From contig AMWX01000001.1 in NCBI GenBank assembly GCA_000307935.1, positions 244,041-308,040 of the forward strand: DNA of 64,000 nt, in the 5' to 3' direction. Under the pieces are notes generated by a model. The model saw only the letters and a program-made list of their open reading frames with translations. It did not search any database and was not told the DNA's origin. Both the position numbers and the translations under genes were made by a program. This DNA is from SAR86 cluster bacterium SAR86E (GTDB lineage: Bacteria; Pseudomonadota; Gammaproteobacteria; Magnimaribacterales; D2472). Shown here piece after piece: positions 39,616 to 49,664 of the stretch (position 1 is the stretch's first letter; each line of letters starts with the position of its first letter).

Positions 39616-40599
39616 TTAATAAGTGTTTTGACTAAATTTATTTATAAAATTTAAACTTCCATGAAGACAAGTCATCTCTTTTTGAATAAGTGAAATAGGC
39701 ATTTGAGCCAAGACATCTTTATGCATTGATTTTTTGTTAACTAGAAAATCTTTCATGAAAGTTTCAGGATTAAGGAACTCATCTAATGAGCGAACTAATC
39801 CTCCTGCGAGATAGATACCTTGCCCAGGCATATAGGCTAGCGCAAGCTCTGATAATATTTGTGAAAGTGCTTTTAAAAATAATTCAATGCTTTTCTTAGC
39901 AAATTCATCGGAATGATATGTTTTAACAATTTCTTCTGGTGACTTTTTATGAGTTGCAAAATATGAATAAATTTTTGCTAATCCTCCGCCTGAAATAATA
40001 TCCTCTATTACCAAGAAATCCTTGTGTTGAGTTGCACCCAATTCATCTAATAAACCAGGAATAGCAAGCAAACTATTTCCAATTTCAGTTGGAAGAACAA
40101 TATCATTATTGATAACCTGAGCGGCGCCTAAGCCTGTTCCCGGTCCAAGAATTAAAGCTGAATTATTAAATGGATTACCCGCATTAATGGAATGCATTTC
40201 ATTTTTTTTAAATAAGGATAAGCCGTGTCCAATAGACTCCCAGTCATTTAAGATATGACAAGAATCAATTTCAAAATTTTTAAGTATTTCAGCCTCATCA
40301 ATTTTAAACTCTCGATTAGTCATAGAGATTGAGTTATTAAGTTTTGGTCCTGCTATAGAAAAAACAACATGCTTTAATGATGCATCTTGATCCAGAAAGC
40401 CCTGCAACATTTCTTCAAATGAATCTAAACAGTTAAGATTTCTTTTATTTGCATTTAAGAGTTCGCTTGAACCAACTTCAGCAGACGCTGTTCTTATATT
40501 GGTGCCACCAATATCAATTAACAAAACCTTGCTATTTAAAAATGCTACCTGAGGATTGGTTACCATAATAGAAAATATGTAATCGTTAAAATTATGCAA
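39616..40599 (-). CDS. glk: Glucokinase
   Basis: ATP-binding motif LLIDIGGTNIRTA, plus GPGTGLG. The start is more likely the ATG at 40566, in an ATGGTAA overlap with the symporter stop. Confidence 0.85.
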   Translation of the reverse strand: MHNFNDYIFSIMVTNPQVAFLNSKVLLIDIGGTNIRTASAEVGSSELLNANKRNLNCLDSFEEMLQGFLDQDASLKHVVFSIAGPKLNNSISMTNREFKIDEAEILKNFEIDSCHILNDWESIGHGLSLFKKNEMHSINAGNPFNNSALILGPGTGLGAAQVINNDIVLPTEIGNSLLAIPGLLDELGATQHKDFLVIEDIISGGGLAKIYSYFATHKKSPEEIVKTYHSDEFAKKSIELFLKALSQILSELALAYMPGQGIYLAGGLVRSLDEFLNPETFMKDFLVNKKSMHKDVLAQMPISLIQKEMTCLHGSLNFINKFSQNTY

Positions 40600-42125
40600 A
40601 TAATTGCAGTGCTGTAGTTAAATGATGTTTCAGTTTTAAAGCTGATTCCTGATAAATCAATTGCTTTTTCCTGATCAGAATATCCCTGCAAAAGAGAAGT
40701 TAGATAGCAACCAAACCCTGAAACAAGAAATACTAAGCCCATTCTATGAATAAAAGGATATTCTGGAAAAATTATAAAAATGGAAAAGGACAGAACTAAA
40801 GACATGATCGCTGCAACCAACACACTTAGCGTTGTCGCCTTTTTCCAAAATAAAGCAACCAAGAAAATTACTAAAATTCCAGGAGTGAAAAATCCTGTAA
40901 AGTTTTGAATGTATTGAAATGCAGATTCCATACTGCCAAGAAGAGGTTGCGCACAAAGAACAGCAATAAATAAGGCAATCCAAGCGACATTTCTTCCCAC
41001 ATTAACTAACTTCTGCTCAGATGGCTCAGAATTAGAAAAGCTCCTGTAAATGTCCATAGTAAATATAGTGCTAACACTGTTAGTCATAGATGCTAAGGAG
41101 GATACTATTGCAGCCACCAAAGCAGCGAATGTAAGGCCTAATAAGCCATTAGGTAATAATGACATCATCATTGGGTATGCTTGATCAGATTTTTCTAGCG
41201 CTGGGTAAATAACAGCTGCACATATTCCAGGAAGAACAACTACAAATGGCATAAGCAATTTTAAATATGCTGCGAACATAACACCTTTCTGAGCTTCAGG
41301 AAGAGATTTTGCTCCGAGAGCTCTTTGAGTAATGTACTGATTGAATCCCCAATAAGCAAAGTGAGCAATCCACAATCCCCCAATTAAAACCCATACTCCA
41401 GGAAGATCTTTATATGCAGGGTTATCTTGAGATAAAATCATATCAAATTTCTCTGGCAGCAATTGATACACTTGGTTTAAACCACTAACAACACCTGCCC
41501 CATCAGATATTTGATTAAGGGCAATATAAGAAACGGATAACCCTCCGAAAATAAGAAGCACAACCTGAATAATGTCTGTCATTGCAACTGCCTTAAGCCC
41601 ACCCCAAAGAGAATATGCAAGTGAAAGCAATGCCAAAAGCACTAAACCAGTAAATAAATCTAAGCCAGTAAGTGAGTTAATTGCTAGCGATCCCAACCAA
41701 AGTACGCTGGTTAAATTAATAAAAATATAAACAGCTAACCAAAAAAATGATAAAACAAGACTTACCCTCTTATCAAAGCGCTGCTCCAAAAACTGAGGCA
41801 TGGTATAAATTTGTTTTTCAAGAAATAGTGGTAAAAAATACTTAGCCATAACAATTAAAGCAATGGCTGCAGTTAATTCATATGTAGCAATAGCCATTCC
41901 TACAACAAAACCTTGACCAGACATTCCAATGATTTGTTCAGCAGAAATATTTGCGGCTATTAGGGATGCGCCTATAGCCCACCAAGGAAGAGATCTTCCG
42001 GCTAAAAAATAATCCTCTGCTGTCTTTTCAACACCTTGCTGAGATCTTGAAACATATTGGGCAAGAAAGATTATCCCGACACAGTAAGAAGCAACAATAA
42101 AAATATCTAAATTGCTAAACAACAT
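40560..42125 (-). CDS. Sodium:solute symporter family protein (SGLT-like, probable Na+/glucose transporter)
   Basis: 521 aa, about 13-14 TM. The N-terminal ...DYFLAGRSLPWWAIGASLIAANISAEQIIGMSG is typical of SSF transporters. It is the first gene of the glk-pgl-GH3 operon. Confidence 0.85.
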   Translation of the reverse strand: MLFSNLDIFIVASYCVGIIFLAQYVSRSQQGVEKTAEDYFLAGRSLPWWAIGASLIAANISAEQIIGMSGQGFVVGMAIATYELTAAIALIVMAKYFLPLFLEKQIYTMPQFLEQRFDKRVSLVLSFFWLAVYIFINLTSVLWLGSLAINSLTGLDLFTGLVLLALLSLAYSLWGGLKAVAMTDIIQVVLLIFGGLSVSYIALNQISDGAGVVSGLNQVYQLLPEKFDMILSQDNPAYKDLPGVWVLIGGLWIAHFAYWGFNQYITQRALGAKSLPEAQKGVMFAAYLKLLMPFVVVLPGICAAVIYPALEKSDQAYPMMMSLLPNGLLGLTFAALVAAIVSSLASMTNSVSTIFTMDIYRSFSNSEPSEQKLVNVGRNVAWIALFIAVLCAQPLLGSMESAFQYIQNFTGFFTPGILVIFLVALFWKKATTLSVLVAAIMSLVLSFSIFIIFPEYPFIHRMGLVFLVSGFGCYLTSLLQGYSDQEKAIDLSGISFKTETSFNYSTAIICIILTITYFLLW

Positions 42126-42141
42126 AATTTCACCACCCCAT

Positions 42142-42155
42142 TGATATCGTTGTCA
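42142..42155. promoter_or_regulatory. LacI-family-type operator candidate TGATATCGTTGTCA
   Basis: An imperfect dyad around a central CG, 17 nt upstream of the symporter start and 57 nt upstream of the LacI-family gene. It is 13/14 identical to the site at 45295-45308. Confidence 0.55.
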
Positions 42156-42211
42156 AAGAACATACATTATCGTTAAAATAGTAAGATAAGGCAATAACAT
42201 TTAATAAAAGC

Positions 42212-43219
42212 ATGTCAGTTACAATAAAAGATGTTTCAAAGGACGCTTCAGTTTCAATAAAAACTGTTTCAAGAGTAATAAATAACGAGGCTAACGTAGC
42301 GGAATCAACTAAGAAAAAGGTACTTTTGTCTGTTAAAAAACTTGGTTTTAAACCAAACAAAAGTGCGCAAAGTTTAAGATCTAAAAAATCTTATATGTTG
42401 GCCCTTCTATATGACAACCCAAATAAATCATACTTGGCAGATGTTCAAAGCGGGATATTCAATGCATGCAAATCAACTGGCTATAACTTAGTGATTCAAG
42501 AGTGTGACTACAAATCAAGTGAGCTCAAAAATGATATTGTTCAATTTGTAGATGATTTTCGGATTGATGGGCTAATCATAACGCCCCCGCTTAGCGATAT
42601 GAGTGATTTTCTTAACCACCTAGATTTGTCTGAAATACAGTATTCTGTAATTGCGCCAAGCACAATGAATACAGAGTCACTATATGTATCATCTAATGAC
42701 TATGAAGCTGCATATACGCTTACCTCAGAAATTATAAAACATGGTCACACTGACATTGGGTTTATCAAGGGACACCCAAAACATTCAGCATCTAATCTAC
42801 GATTTAATGGTTATCTTGATGCCATAAAAAATCACAATATTGAAGTTAATGAAAATTGGATTAAACAAGGAAATTTTAGCTTTAAATCTGGTTTTGATGC
42901 CGGGGTTGAGATTTTTCATTCAGCTGCAATTCCAACAGCAATTTTTGCAAGCAATGACTCAATGGCAGCTGGAATTATGAAATCAGCGCAAATGAAAGGG
43001 TTAAAAATTCCAGAAGATATCTCTTTAGCTGGCTTTGATGATTCACCTATAGCCCATCAATTATGGCCTGCGCTTACAACAGTAAAACAACCAGTAGAAA
43101 AAATGTCTAGTCATGCAGCAAAAATTTTAATGGCTAAATTTGATGGACTGGCAGAAAAAAATAAATCTAAGGAATTTAAGTCAGAGCTAATTTTTAGAGA
43201 ATCTCTAAAGAATTTATAA
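42212..43219 (+). CDS. LacI/GalR-family transcriptional regulator
   Basis: N-terminal HTH VTIKDVSKDASVSIKTVSRVINNEANV followed by a periplasmic-binding-protein-like sugar-binding core. Confidence 0.9.
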   Translation: MSVTIKDVSKDASVSIKTVSRVINNEANVAESTKKKVLLSVKKLGFKPNKSAQSLRSKKSYMLALLYDNPNKSYLADVQSGIFNACKSTGYNLVIQECDYKSSELKNDIVQFVDDFRIDGLIITPPLSDMSDFLNHLDLSEIQYSVIAPSTMNTESLYVSSNDYEAAYTLTSEIIKHGHTDIGFIKGHPKHSASNLRFNGYLDAIKNHNIEVNENWIKQGNFSFKSGFDAGVEIFHSAAIPTAIFASNDSMAAGIMKSAQMKGLKIPEDISLAGFDDSPIAHQLWPALTTVKQPVEKMSSHAAKILMAKFDGLAEKNKSKEFKSELIFRESLKNL

Positions 43220-43840
43220 TCTAAATGATTCCATTATTCCAGCAACAACGAATTCAATAGCCAAAGCTCCTAATAAAATTCCAAAGATTTTTTGGACAAC
43301 AATAATTATTGTTGGGCCAACCCATTTTGAAAGACTAGCAGAAAGCCACATCGCAAATGCAACTAAAATAATAATAACTAAAATTGGTGTAAAGTTTATT
43401 AACATTTCAGTAGGATTGCTTTCATTGGTCTCGGCAATTAGCAATGCTGTTGTCATGGCTCCTGGCCCAGCTATTAAAGGTATTGCTAATGGAAATATAG
43501 CAAGGGACTGGATTGACTCATCATCTAATGCGACTTCAGCAGTATTTTGTCTTCTGGACTGGCGTTGCTCTAAAACCATCTGAAAAGCAATTGCTATAAG
43601 AAACAATCCTCCAATAATTTTAAATGAGCTCATGGATATTCCCATCGCATCTAATATTGCCGTTCCAAATAAATAAAATAGTGAAAGAATAACGAAAGAG
43701 ACCAAAGTTGCCTGAATGTATACCTTTCTTATATCACTTTTATTTAGTCCCTGCGTTAAGCTTGCAAAGATTGGAACAAGCGCAATCGGGTCAACGGCAA
43801 CAAATAGTAAAATAGTATTTTCCAGTAATTGATCAAACAT
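43214..43840 (-). CDS. MarC-family (UPF0056) integral membrane protein
   Basis: 208 aa, 6 TM, with the family-typical N-terminus LFVAVDPIALVPIF. Confidence 0.75.
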   Translation of the reverse strand: MFDQLLENTILLFVAVDPIALVPIFASLTQGLNKSDIRKVYIQATLVSFVILSLFYLFGTAILDAMGISMSSFKIIGGLFLIAIAFQMVLEQRQSRRQNTAEVALDDESIQSLAIFPLAIPLIAGPGAMTTALLIAETNESNPTEMLINFTPILVIIILVAFAMWLSASLSKWVGPTIIIVVQKIFGILLGALAIEFVVAGIMESFRL

Positions 43841-43842
43841 AT

Positions 43843-45273
43843 TTAGGTTGAAATTATTTGAATTGAATCTGTATGAGAAGCTGAATATACCCCAGCTATT
43901 AAAACAAACTTCAATGACTTTTTAGAGTTATTTGAAGATAATAAAATTGATTTAATATTTGAGATTGTTTTTGATTTATTGGTAATTGATTTGATGAAGT
44001 ATGGTTGTATTCCACCAATAATACTTAAGTGACTGTATGTATCTTGATTATTAGTAAAAGCATAAATTGGCATTCTAAAAGGCTTGGTATTGGAGACAAC
44101 ACTTGCTGTTTGGCCTGATCTGGTAATAATCACTATCGCATCAGCAGAAATTCCTTCAGCTAAATCACGGGCACTAATTGCTATGTTTTGCCAGTCAGAA
44201 TTATCTTGTAAAAATTTTTCATAACCTAAGGTTCTAAAATATTCAGTTTTAGCTGAAATCTTTTTTAACATTTTTACACATTGGACAGGGTACTTTCCAA
44301 CACTGGTTTCCCCTGATAGCATCACTGCATCAGCGCCCTCATAGATTGCATTCGCTACATCAGTTACCTCAGCCCTAGTTGGTGTTGGATTTTTAATCAT
44401 TGATTCAAGCAAATGAGTTGCAACTATTGACCTTCTCCCCCATTTTGCACTTGCGTACATAATTCTACGCTGAATATTTGGCAAGTCTGCGAGATCAGTT
44501 TCTATCCCCAAATCACCTCTTGCAACCATAACAATATCAGCTGCTTGAGTAATCTCATGGATATTATCAAGACCTTCTTGATTTTCAATTTTAGCAATAA
44601 TCTCTATAGAAGATTTTTTTCTTTTAAGGATTGTTCTCAAAGTATGGATATCATTTGCAGACCTAACAAACGATAATGCAATAAAGCTTAAATTATTTTT
44701 TATAGCAAAATTAATATCCTTTCGATCTTTCTTAGTGATAGATGGTAGATCTACCCTAACACCAGGAAGATTAACATGGCGTTTACTACCTAACTTGCCT
44801 CCATCTAAAACCTTGCATTTAAGATTTTCTTTATCCTTGGTTAATACTTTAAAATTTAACAAGCCATTATCAATGCTAATTTTTGATCCTTTTTCAACAT
44901 TCTTAATCAAGCCTTTATAATTAATCTTTATTGATGATGTTTCTACATCAACTTCATCCCTAATTGTTAGATTTACAATGTCGCCAGTTTTTAAATCAAT
45001 ATCAGATTGACTAACGCCAGTTCTTATCTCTGGGCCTTGAGTATCTAACAGAATGCCTATGGGGCCATAAATAGATGATTGATGCTTATTAAGCTTTTTA
45101 ATTGATGAAATAACATTTTCAGCATCCATATGAGATGCATGTGACATATTAATTCTGGCAACATTCATTCCGCATGCATGTAATTTTTTTAAAGTTTGAT
45201 AGTCACTCGTGCTAGGCCCAATTGTTGCAATAATTTTTGTTTTGGTGATTGTCATTTCGGCATCATACTCCAT
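43843..45273 (-). CDS. pyk: Pyruvate kinase
   Basis: TKIIATIGPS, MNVARINMSH, MVARGDLGIE and the overall length. Confidence 0.9.
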   Translation of the reverse strand: MEYDAEMTITKTKIIATIGPSTSDYQTLKKLHACGMNVARINMSHASHMDAENVISSIKKLNKHQSSIYGPIGILLDTQGPEIRTGVSQSDIDLKTGDIVNLTIRDEVDVETSSIKINYKGLIKNVEKGSKISIDNGLLNFKVLTKDKENLKCKVLDGGKLGSKRHVNLPGVRVDLPSITKKDRKDINFAIKNNLSFIALSFVRSANDIHTLRTILKRKKSSIEIIAKIENQEGLDNIHEITQAADIVMVARGDLGIETDLADLPNIQRRIMYASAKWGRRSIVATHLLESMIKNPTPTRAEVTDVANAIYEGADAVMLSGETSVGKYPVQCVKMLKKISAKTEYFRTLGYEKFLQDNSDWQNIAISARDLAEGISADAIVIITRSGQTASVVSNTKPFRMPIYAFTNNQDTYSHLSIIGGIQPYFIKSITNKSKTISNIKSILLSSNNSKKSLKFVLIAGVYSASHTDSIQIIST

Positions 45274-45294
45274 TAGAGATTAAAGTGAATATAT

Positions 45295-45308
45295 TGACAT
45301 CGTTGTCA
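45295..45308. promoter_or_regulatory. LacI-family-type operator candidate TGACATCGTTGTCA
   Basis: 6 of 7 dyad positions pair around the central CG. It lies in the 69-bp divergent region between pyk and gap-zwf-edd-eda. Confidence 0.55.
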
Positions 45309-45342
45309 TTTATTAGTATATTAATATTTAATCGCAAATCAA

Positions 45343-46434
45343 TTGGGGATTAGGATATTGATAAGTATTGCTATTAATGGGTTCGGCAGGATTGGAAAAA
45401 ATATTGCAAGATTGCTTTTACAAGACCCATCTCTCTCTTCACAAATAAATCTTGTAGCTATCAATGATTTAGGTTCAATAGAATCAAGCGCTCATTTGCT
45501 TATGTATGATTCAGTGCATGGTAAAACATTCAACAGAATTCAACACACCGAAGATACATTGATCGTAGATGAGCATGAAATTTTCTACTCCTCCTTAAAA
45601 GATCCATCTGCTCTCCCCTGGGGTAAATATAATATTGATATCGTTCTAGAATGCTCCGGTGCTTTTACATCCAAAGATGCAGCAATTGAACACATTAATG
45701 CTGGTGCAAAAAAAGTGATTGTATCTGCTCCAGTAGTAAATGCAGATAAAACAGTTGTCTTTGGTGTAAATCAACATGAATTATTGCAGGATGATTTAGT
45801 TATATCTAACGGCTCATGTACAACTAATTGTCTAGCCCCAATCGCAAAAGTCTTAAATGATTCCTTTGGAATCAATAGCGGGATCATCAATACAATTCAT
45901 GCCTACACAAATGATCAAAACCTACTGGATATGAGTCATGATGACTTATACAGAGCACGTGCAACAAACTCATCTATCATTCCTACTAAAACAGGTGCAG
46001 CCAAAGCTATTGGGCTTGTTCTACCTGAGCTATCTGGAAAACTTACTGGTATTGCAACAAGAGTTCCAGTTCAAAATGTTTCCATGCTTGATTTTACATT
46101 TACATTAGATCGGAGTGCAGAGCTAGAGGAAATTAAATCTTTGTTTGAGGCAGCTGCAAGCAGCAATCTTAAAAATATATTAACTATAAATACCAAGCCT
46201 CTAGTAAGCATTGATTTTAATCAAAATTCTGCTTCTGCAATTTTAGATTTTAATTTCATAAATAAAATTGGAAATCAATTTAAGTTGATTGCTTGGTACG
46301 ACAATGAATGGGCATTTTCAGCAAGAATGCTAGATTTAACTTTATACTTATATCAACTTTCTTTAGTTGAAATAAGCCAAATTAATACTGCTTCATTGTT
46401 TGATGGCAAGCCAAAAATAAGCCTTTCGCAATAA
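45343..46434 (+). CDS. gap: Glyceraldehyde-3-phosphate dehydrogenase
   Basis: INGFGRIGK and the active site SNGSCTTNCLAP. The start may instead be the in-frame TTG at 45358, which lies behind a GGGGAT/AGGA Shine-Dalgarno-like stretch. Confidence 0.9.
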   Translation: MGIRILISIAINGFGRIGKNIARLLLQDPSLSSQINLVAINDLGSIESSAHLLMYDSVHGKTFNRIQHTEDTLIVDEHEIFYSSLKDPSALPWGKYNIDIVLECSGAFTSKDAAIEHINAGAKKVIVSAPVVNADKTVVFGVNQHELLQDDLVISNGSCTTNCLAPIAKVLNDSFGINSGIINTIHAYTNDQNLLDMSHDDLYRARATNSSIIPTKTGAAKAIGLVLPELSGKLTGIATRVPVQNVSMLDFTFTLDRSAELEEIKSLFEAAASSNLKNILTINTKPLVSIDFNQNSASAILDFNFINKIGNQFKLIAWYDNEWAFSARMLDLTLYLYQLSLVEISQINTASLFDGKPKISLSQ

Positions 46435-46437
46435 AAT

Positions 46438-47880
46438 ATGAATATCTTTATCTTTGGCGGGACCGGTGATTTAGCAAGCAGGAAACTTCTTCCTGCATTA
46501 TACAGGCACTTTAAAGCACACAGACTTAGCGCTCATGCAAAAATAGTGAGCATTGGATCAAGAGCAATTAACTCATCTGAGTATCAAATATTGGTAAGAG
46601 AGAATTTAGAGCACCATTTAAATGAAAGTGAGTTTGATGAAAGTGTATGTTCAGAATTTTTAAAACTAATTTCATTTTTAAAAATTGATTTTAATAAGGC
46701 TGATACGTTCAAACTATTAGCCGACAATGCATTAGATGGAAGTAGAAATATCTACTATTTAGCTGTTTCACCTATTTTTTATAAAATCATTGTAGATAAT
46801 CTAAATTTACAGAAACTTATTTTTTCATCTTCATCAATTATTGTTGAAAAGCCTATTGGCAGAGATCACTCTTCATCAGTTGAGATTAATCATGCATTAG
46901 CTCAGCATTTCAATGAGCATCAAATCTTTAGGATTGATCATTATCTTGGTAAAGAGGCTGTTCAAAACTTATTGGCTTTAAGATTTGGCAACATAATTTT
47001 TGAAAAAATATGGTCAAATATAGCAATTGATCATATCCAGATCACTGTCTCTGAAACACTTGGGCTTGAAAATAGAGGGTCCTATTATGATGAAACAGGT
47101 GCCATTAAAGATATGTTGCAAAATCATTTGCTACAAATTTTATGCTTAGTTGCCATGGAACCGCCAACTAATATTAATTCAGAATCAATTAGAGATGAGA
47201 AGCTAAAAGTTCTGCGCTCTCTGAGGCCTTTAGAGGGCAATAAAAATGATCAGCAAGTAGTTGTTGGTCAATATAAAGATGGAGCTATTAACGCACAACC
47301 TAAAAAGGCATATGTTGAGGAAGATGGGGTCAACCCGAATAGCATGACGGAAACATTTGTTGCATTAAAATTATGGATCGATAACTGGAGATGGTCGGGA
47401 GTTCCTTTCTTCTTAAGAACGGGGAAAAGGATGTCTGAAAAAAAATCTGAAATCGTCGTTCAATTTAAATCTGTACCTCACAATATTTTTGATTCAAAAA
47501 TTATGCAAAAAGATAATCAATTAATTATTAGGTTGCAGCCTGAGGAGAGTATCAAACTAAAAATTATGATAAAAAAACCTTCTGCGTCAGGATTTTATCT
47601 TCAAGAACTTCCGTTAGATCTTTTGTTTGAGGATTACTATAAAGAAGATCATCTTGATGCATATGAAAGGCTATTAATGGATATTATTGAAAATAAACCA
47701 TCTCTTTTCATGAGAAGAGATGAGGTAGAAGAGGCATGGGTATATATTGATCAATTAATAACCTCCATTCATTCATCAGATATAAATATCTCAAAATATA
47801 ATGCTGGTAGCTGGGGGCCATCCAGTGCAGATCTACTAATAGCAGGACATGAAGCTAAATGGAATAATGAGGAAGACTAA
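46438..47880 (+). CDS. zwf: Glucose-6-phosphate 1-dehydrogenase
   Basis: FGGTGDLA, EKPIGRD and the signature RIDHYLGKE. Confidence 0.92.
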   Translation: MNIFIFGGTGDLASRKLLPALYRHFKAHRLSAHAKIVSIGSRAINSSEYQILVRENLEHHLNESEFDESVCSEFLKLISFLKIDFNKADTFKLLADNALDGSRNIYYLAVSPIFYKIIVDNLNLQKLIFSSSSIIVEKPIGRDHSSSVEINHALAQHFNEHQIFRIDHYLGKEAVQNLLALRFGNIIFEKIWSNIAIDHIQITVSETLGLENRGSYYDETGAIKDMLQNHLLQILCLVAMEPPTNINSESIRDEKLKVLRSLRPLEGNKNDQQVVVGQYKDGAINAQPKKAYVEEDGVNPNSMTETFVALKLWIDNWRWSGVPFFLRTGKRMSEKKSEIVVQFKSVPHNIFDSKIMQKDNQLIIRLQPEESIKLKIMIKKPSASGFYLQELPLDLLFEDYYKEDHLDAYERLLMDIIENKPSLFMRRDEVEEAWVYIDQLITSIHSSDINISKYNAGSWGPSSADLLIAGHEAKWNNEED

Positions 47881-49664
47881 TGTTAACTCAGATTAATGAA
47901 GTAAAAAAAAGGATTGATGCTCGAAGTCAAAAAACAAGAACAGAGTATCTAAAAAAAATTGAAATATGGAAAACAAAGTCTCCAAACAGAAACAATCTTG
48001 GCTGCTCAAATCTTGCACATACTTTTGCTGCTTGTGGACAAAAAGGTAAATCTGAGAATTTAAATATAAAAAAATTTATAGGGATAATTACTGCATACAA
48101 TGACATGCTTTCAGCTCATGCTCCTTTTGAAGCATATCCCAAAAAATTAAAAAAAGAAGCTGAAAAACTTAATCTTCATGTCCAAGTTGCGGGTGGGGTT
48201 CCTGCCATGTGTGATGGAATTACGCAGGGAGAACCTGGTATGGAGTTATCACTTTTTAGTAGAGACACCATTGCCCTGTCAACAGCAGTTGGTTTATCAC
48301 ACAATGTTTTTGATTCGGCAATATGCATGGGAACATGCGATAAGATAGTTCCGGGATTGCTAATGGGTGCTCTTCAATTTGGTCATTTGCCAGTAATTTT
48401 TATTCCTGGTGGCCCTATGTCTACTGGAATTTCTAATGAAGCGAAATCTGAATCAAGAAAATCATTTGCTGCTGGAGAAATTTCAAAGATTGATCTGCTA
48501 GAAATTGAGCAACAAGCCTATCATTCGCCAGGAACTTGTACTTTCTATGGAACAGCTAATACAAATCAATTAATTGCTGAAGCCATGGGTTTTCAGTTAC
48601 CCGGAAGCGCATTCACACCCTCAGATTCACCCTTAAGGGAATTATTGAATGCTGAAAGTCTGAAATCTTTAATGAGACTAATGGACTCTGAAATTGGTAT
48701 AGGTGAGATGCTAGACATTAATAATTGGCTCAATGCAATGATTGTTTTGCTTGCAAGCGGAGGCTCAACCAACCTAGTGATTCACTTGATCGCCATGGCT
48801 AGATGTGCCGGCTATATAATTTCCCCAGAAGATTTTAATAATCTTTCTTCGGTTATTCCGTTGCTCTGCCAAGTTTATCCAAATGGAAAAGCAGATGTAA
48901 ATGAATTCCATGCTGAGGGTGGTATTGCAAGACTATTAACAAATCTTTTAGATGCGGACTTAATTTACGAGAATATTCAAACCGTTGCAGGTTTAGGTTT
49001 GCAGAAGTATACAAAAATACCAGCAATCAATGATTCTAATGAAAATAATCTTGATTGGAGAGAGGTAGATTTTGAATTGATAACTGCCACAAGTATAAGA
49101 ACAGCTAAAAATCCTTTTAAAAATAATGGAGGAATTAAATTTATCGGTGGAGATATAGCCGAGGGAGTGATAAAGGTATCTGCTCTGGAGAAAGAAAATG
49201 AAATTATTACTGGTCCAGCCAGAGTTTTTACAAGCCAAGAAGATGTGCTAAATGCATTTGAATTAAATGAATTGAATGCTGATCTCATAATCGTATTATT
49301 AGGTCAAAGCCCAACTTCAAATGGAATGCCTGAACTCCATAAACTGACATCCCCCATCAATGTTTTGCAGAGCAAGGGTTATAAAATAGCCTTGGTGACC
49401 GATGGAAGAATGTCAGGTGCATCTGGATCATTCCCCGCTCTTATTCATGCTGTTAGTATTAATAATAATTTATATAAGATTCAGGATAATGATCAACTCA
49501 CGTTGGATTTAAAAAAGGCAATATTTTCAATAGAAAACTTCGACTCTGAGCGAGAACCAATTCACATTGAATCCAATGGCTTTGGCCTTGGAAGAGAGTT
49601 ATTTAGTATTTTCAGATCTAATGTCGGGTCTGTAAGTAATGGGGCTTCTATATTTTATGAATAA
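47880..49664 (+). CDS. edd: Phosphogluconate dehydratase (IlvD/Edd family)
   Basis: 594 aa with IlvD/Edd-family motifs (CDGITQG, CDKIVPG). It sits between zwf and eda. Confidence 0.9.
   Translation: MLTQINEVKKRIDARSQKTRTEYLKKIEIWKTKSPNRNNLGCSNLAHTFAACGQKGKSENLNIKKFIGIITAYNDMLSAHAPFEAYPKKLKKEAEKLNLHVQVAGGVPAMCDGITQGEPGMELSLFSRDTIALSTAVGLSHNVFDSAICMGTCDKIVPGLLMGALQFGHLPVIFIPGGPMSTGISNEAKSESRKSFAAGEISKIDLLEIEQQAYHSPGTCTFYGTANTNQLIAEAMGFQLPGSAFTPSDSPLRELLNAESLKSLMRLMDSEIGIGEMLDINNWLNAMIVLLASGGSTNLVIHLIAMARCAGYIISPEDFNNLSSVIPLLCQVYPNGKADVNEFHAEGGIARLLTNLLDADLIYENIQTVAGLGLQKYTKIPAINDSNENNLDWREVDFELITATSIRTAKNPFKNNGGIKFIGGDIAEGVIKVSALEKENEIITGPARVFTSQEDVLNAFELNELNADLIIVLLGQSPTSNGMPELHKLTSPINVLQSKGYKIALVTDGRMSGASGSFPALIHAVSINNNLYKIQDNDQLTLDLKKAIFSIENFDSEREPIHIESNGFGLGRELFSIFRSNVGSVSNGASIFYE

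Noticed and set aside
42130-42360. 76-aa minus-strand ORF spanning the divergent promoter and the start of the LacI-family gene
   Set aside because: It overlaps the well-supported HTH-coding region on the opposite strand and the operator-containing intergenic region, and no motif was recognised.
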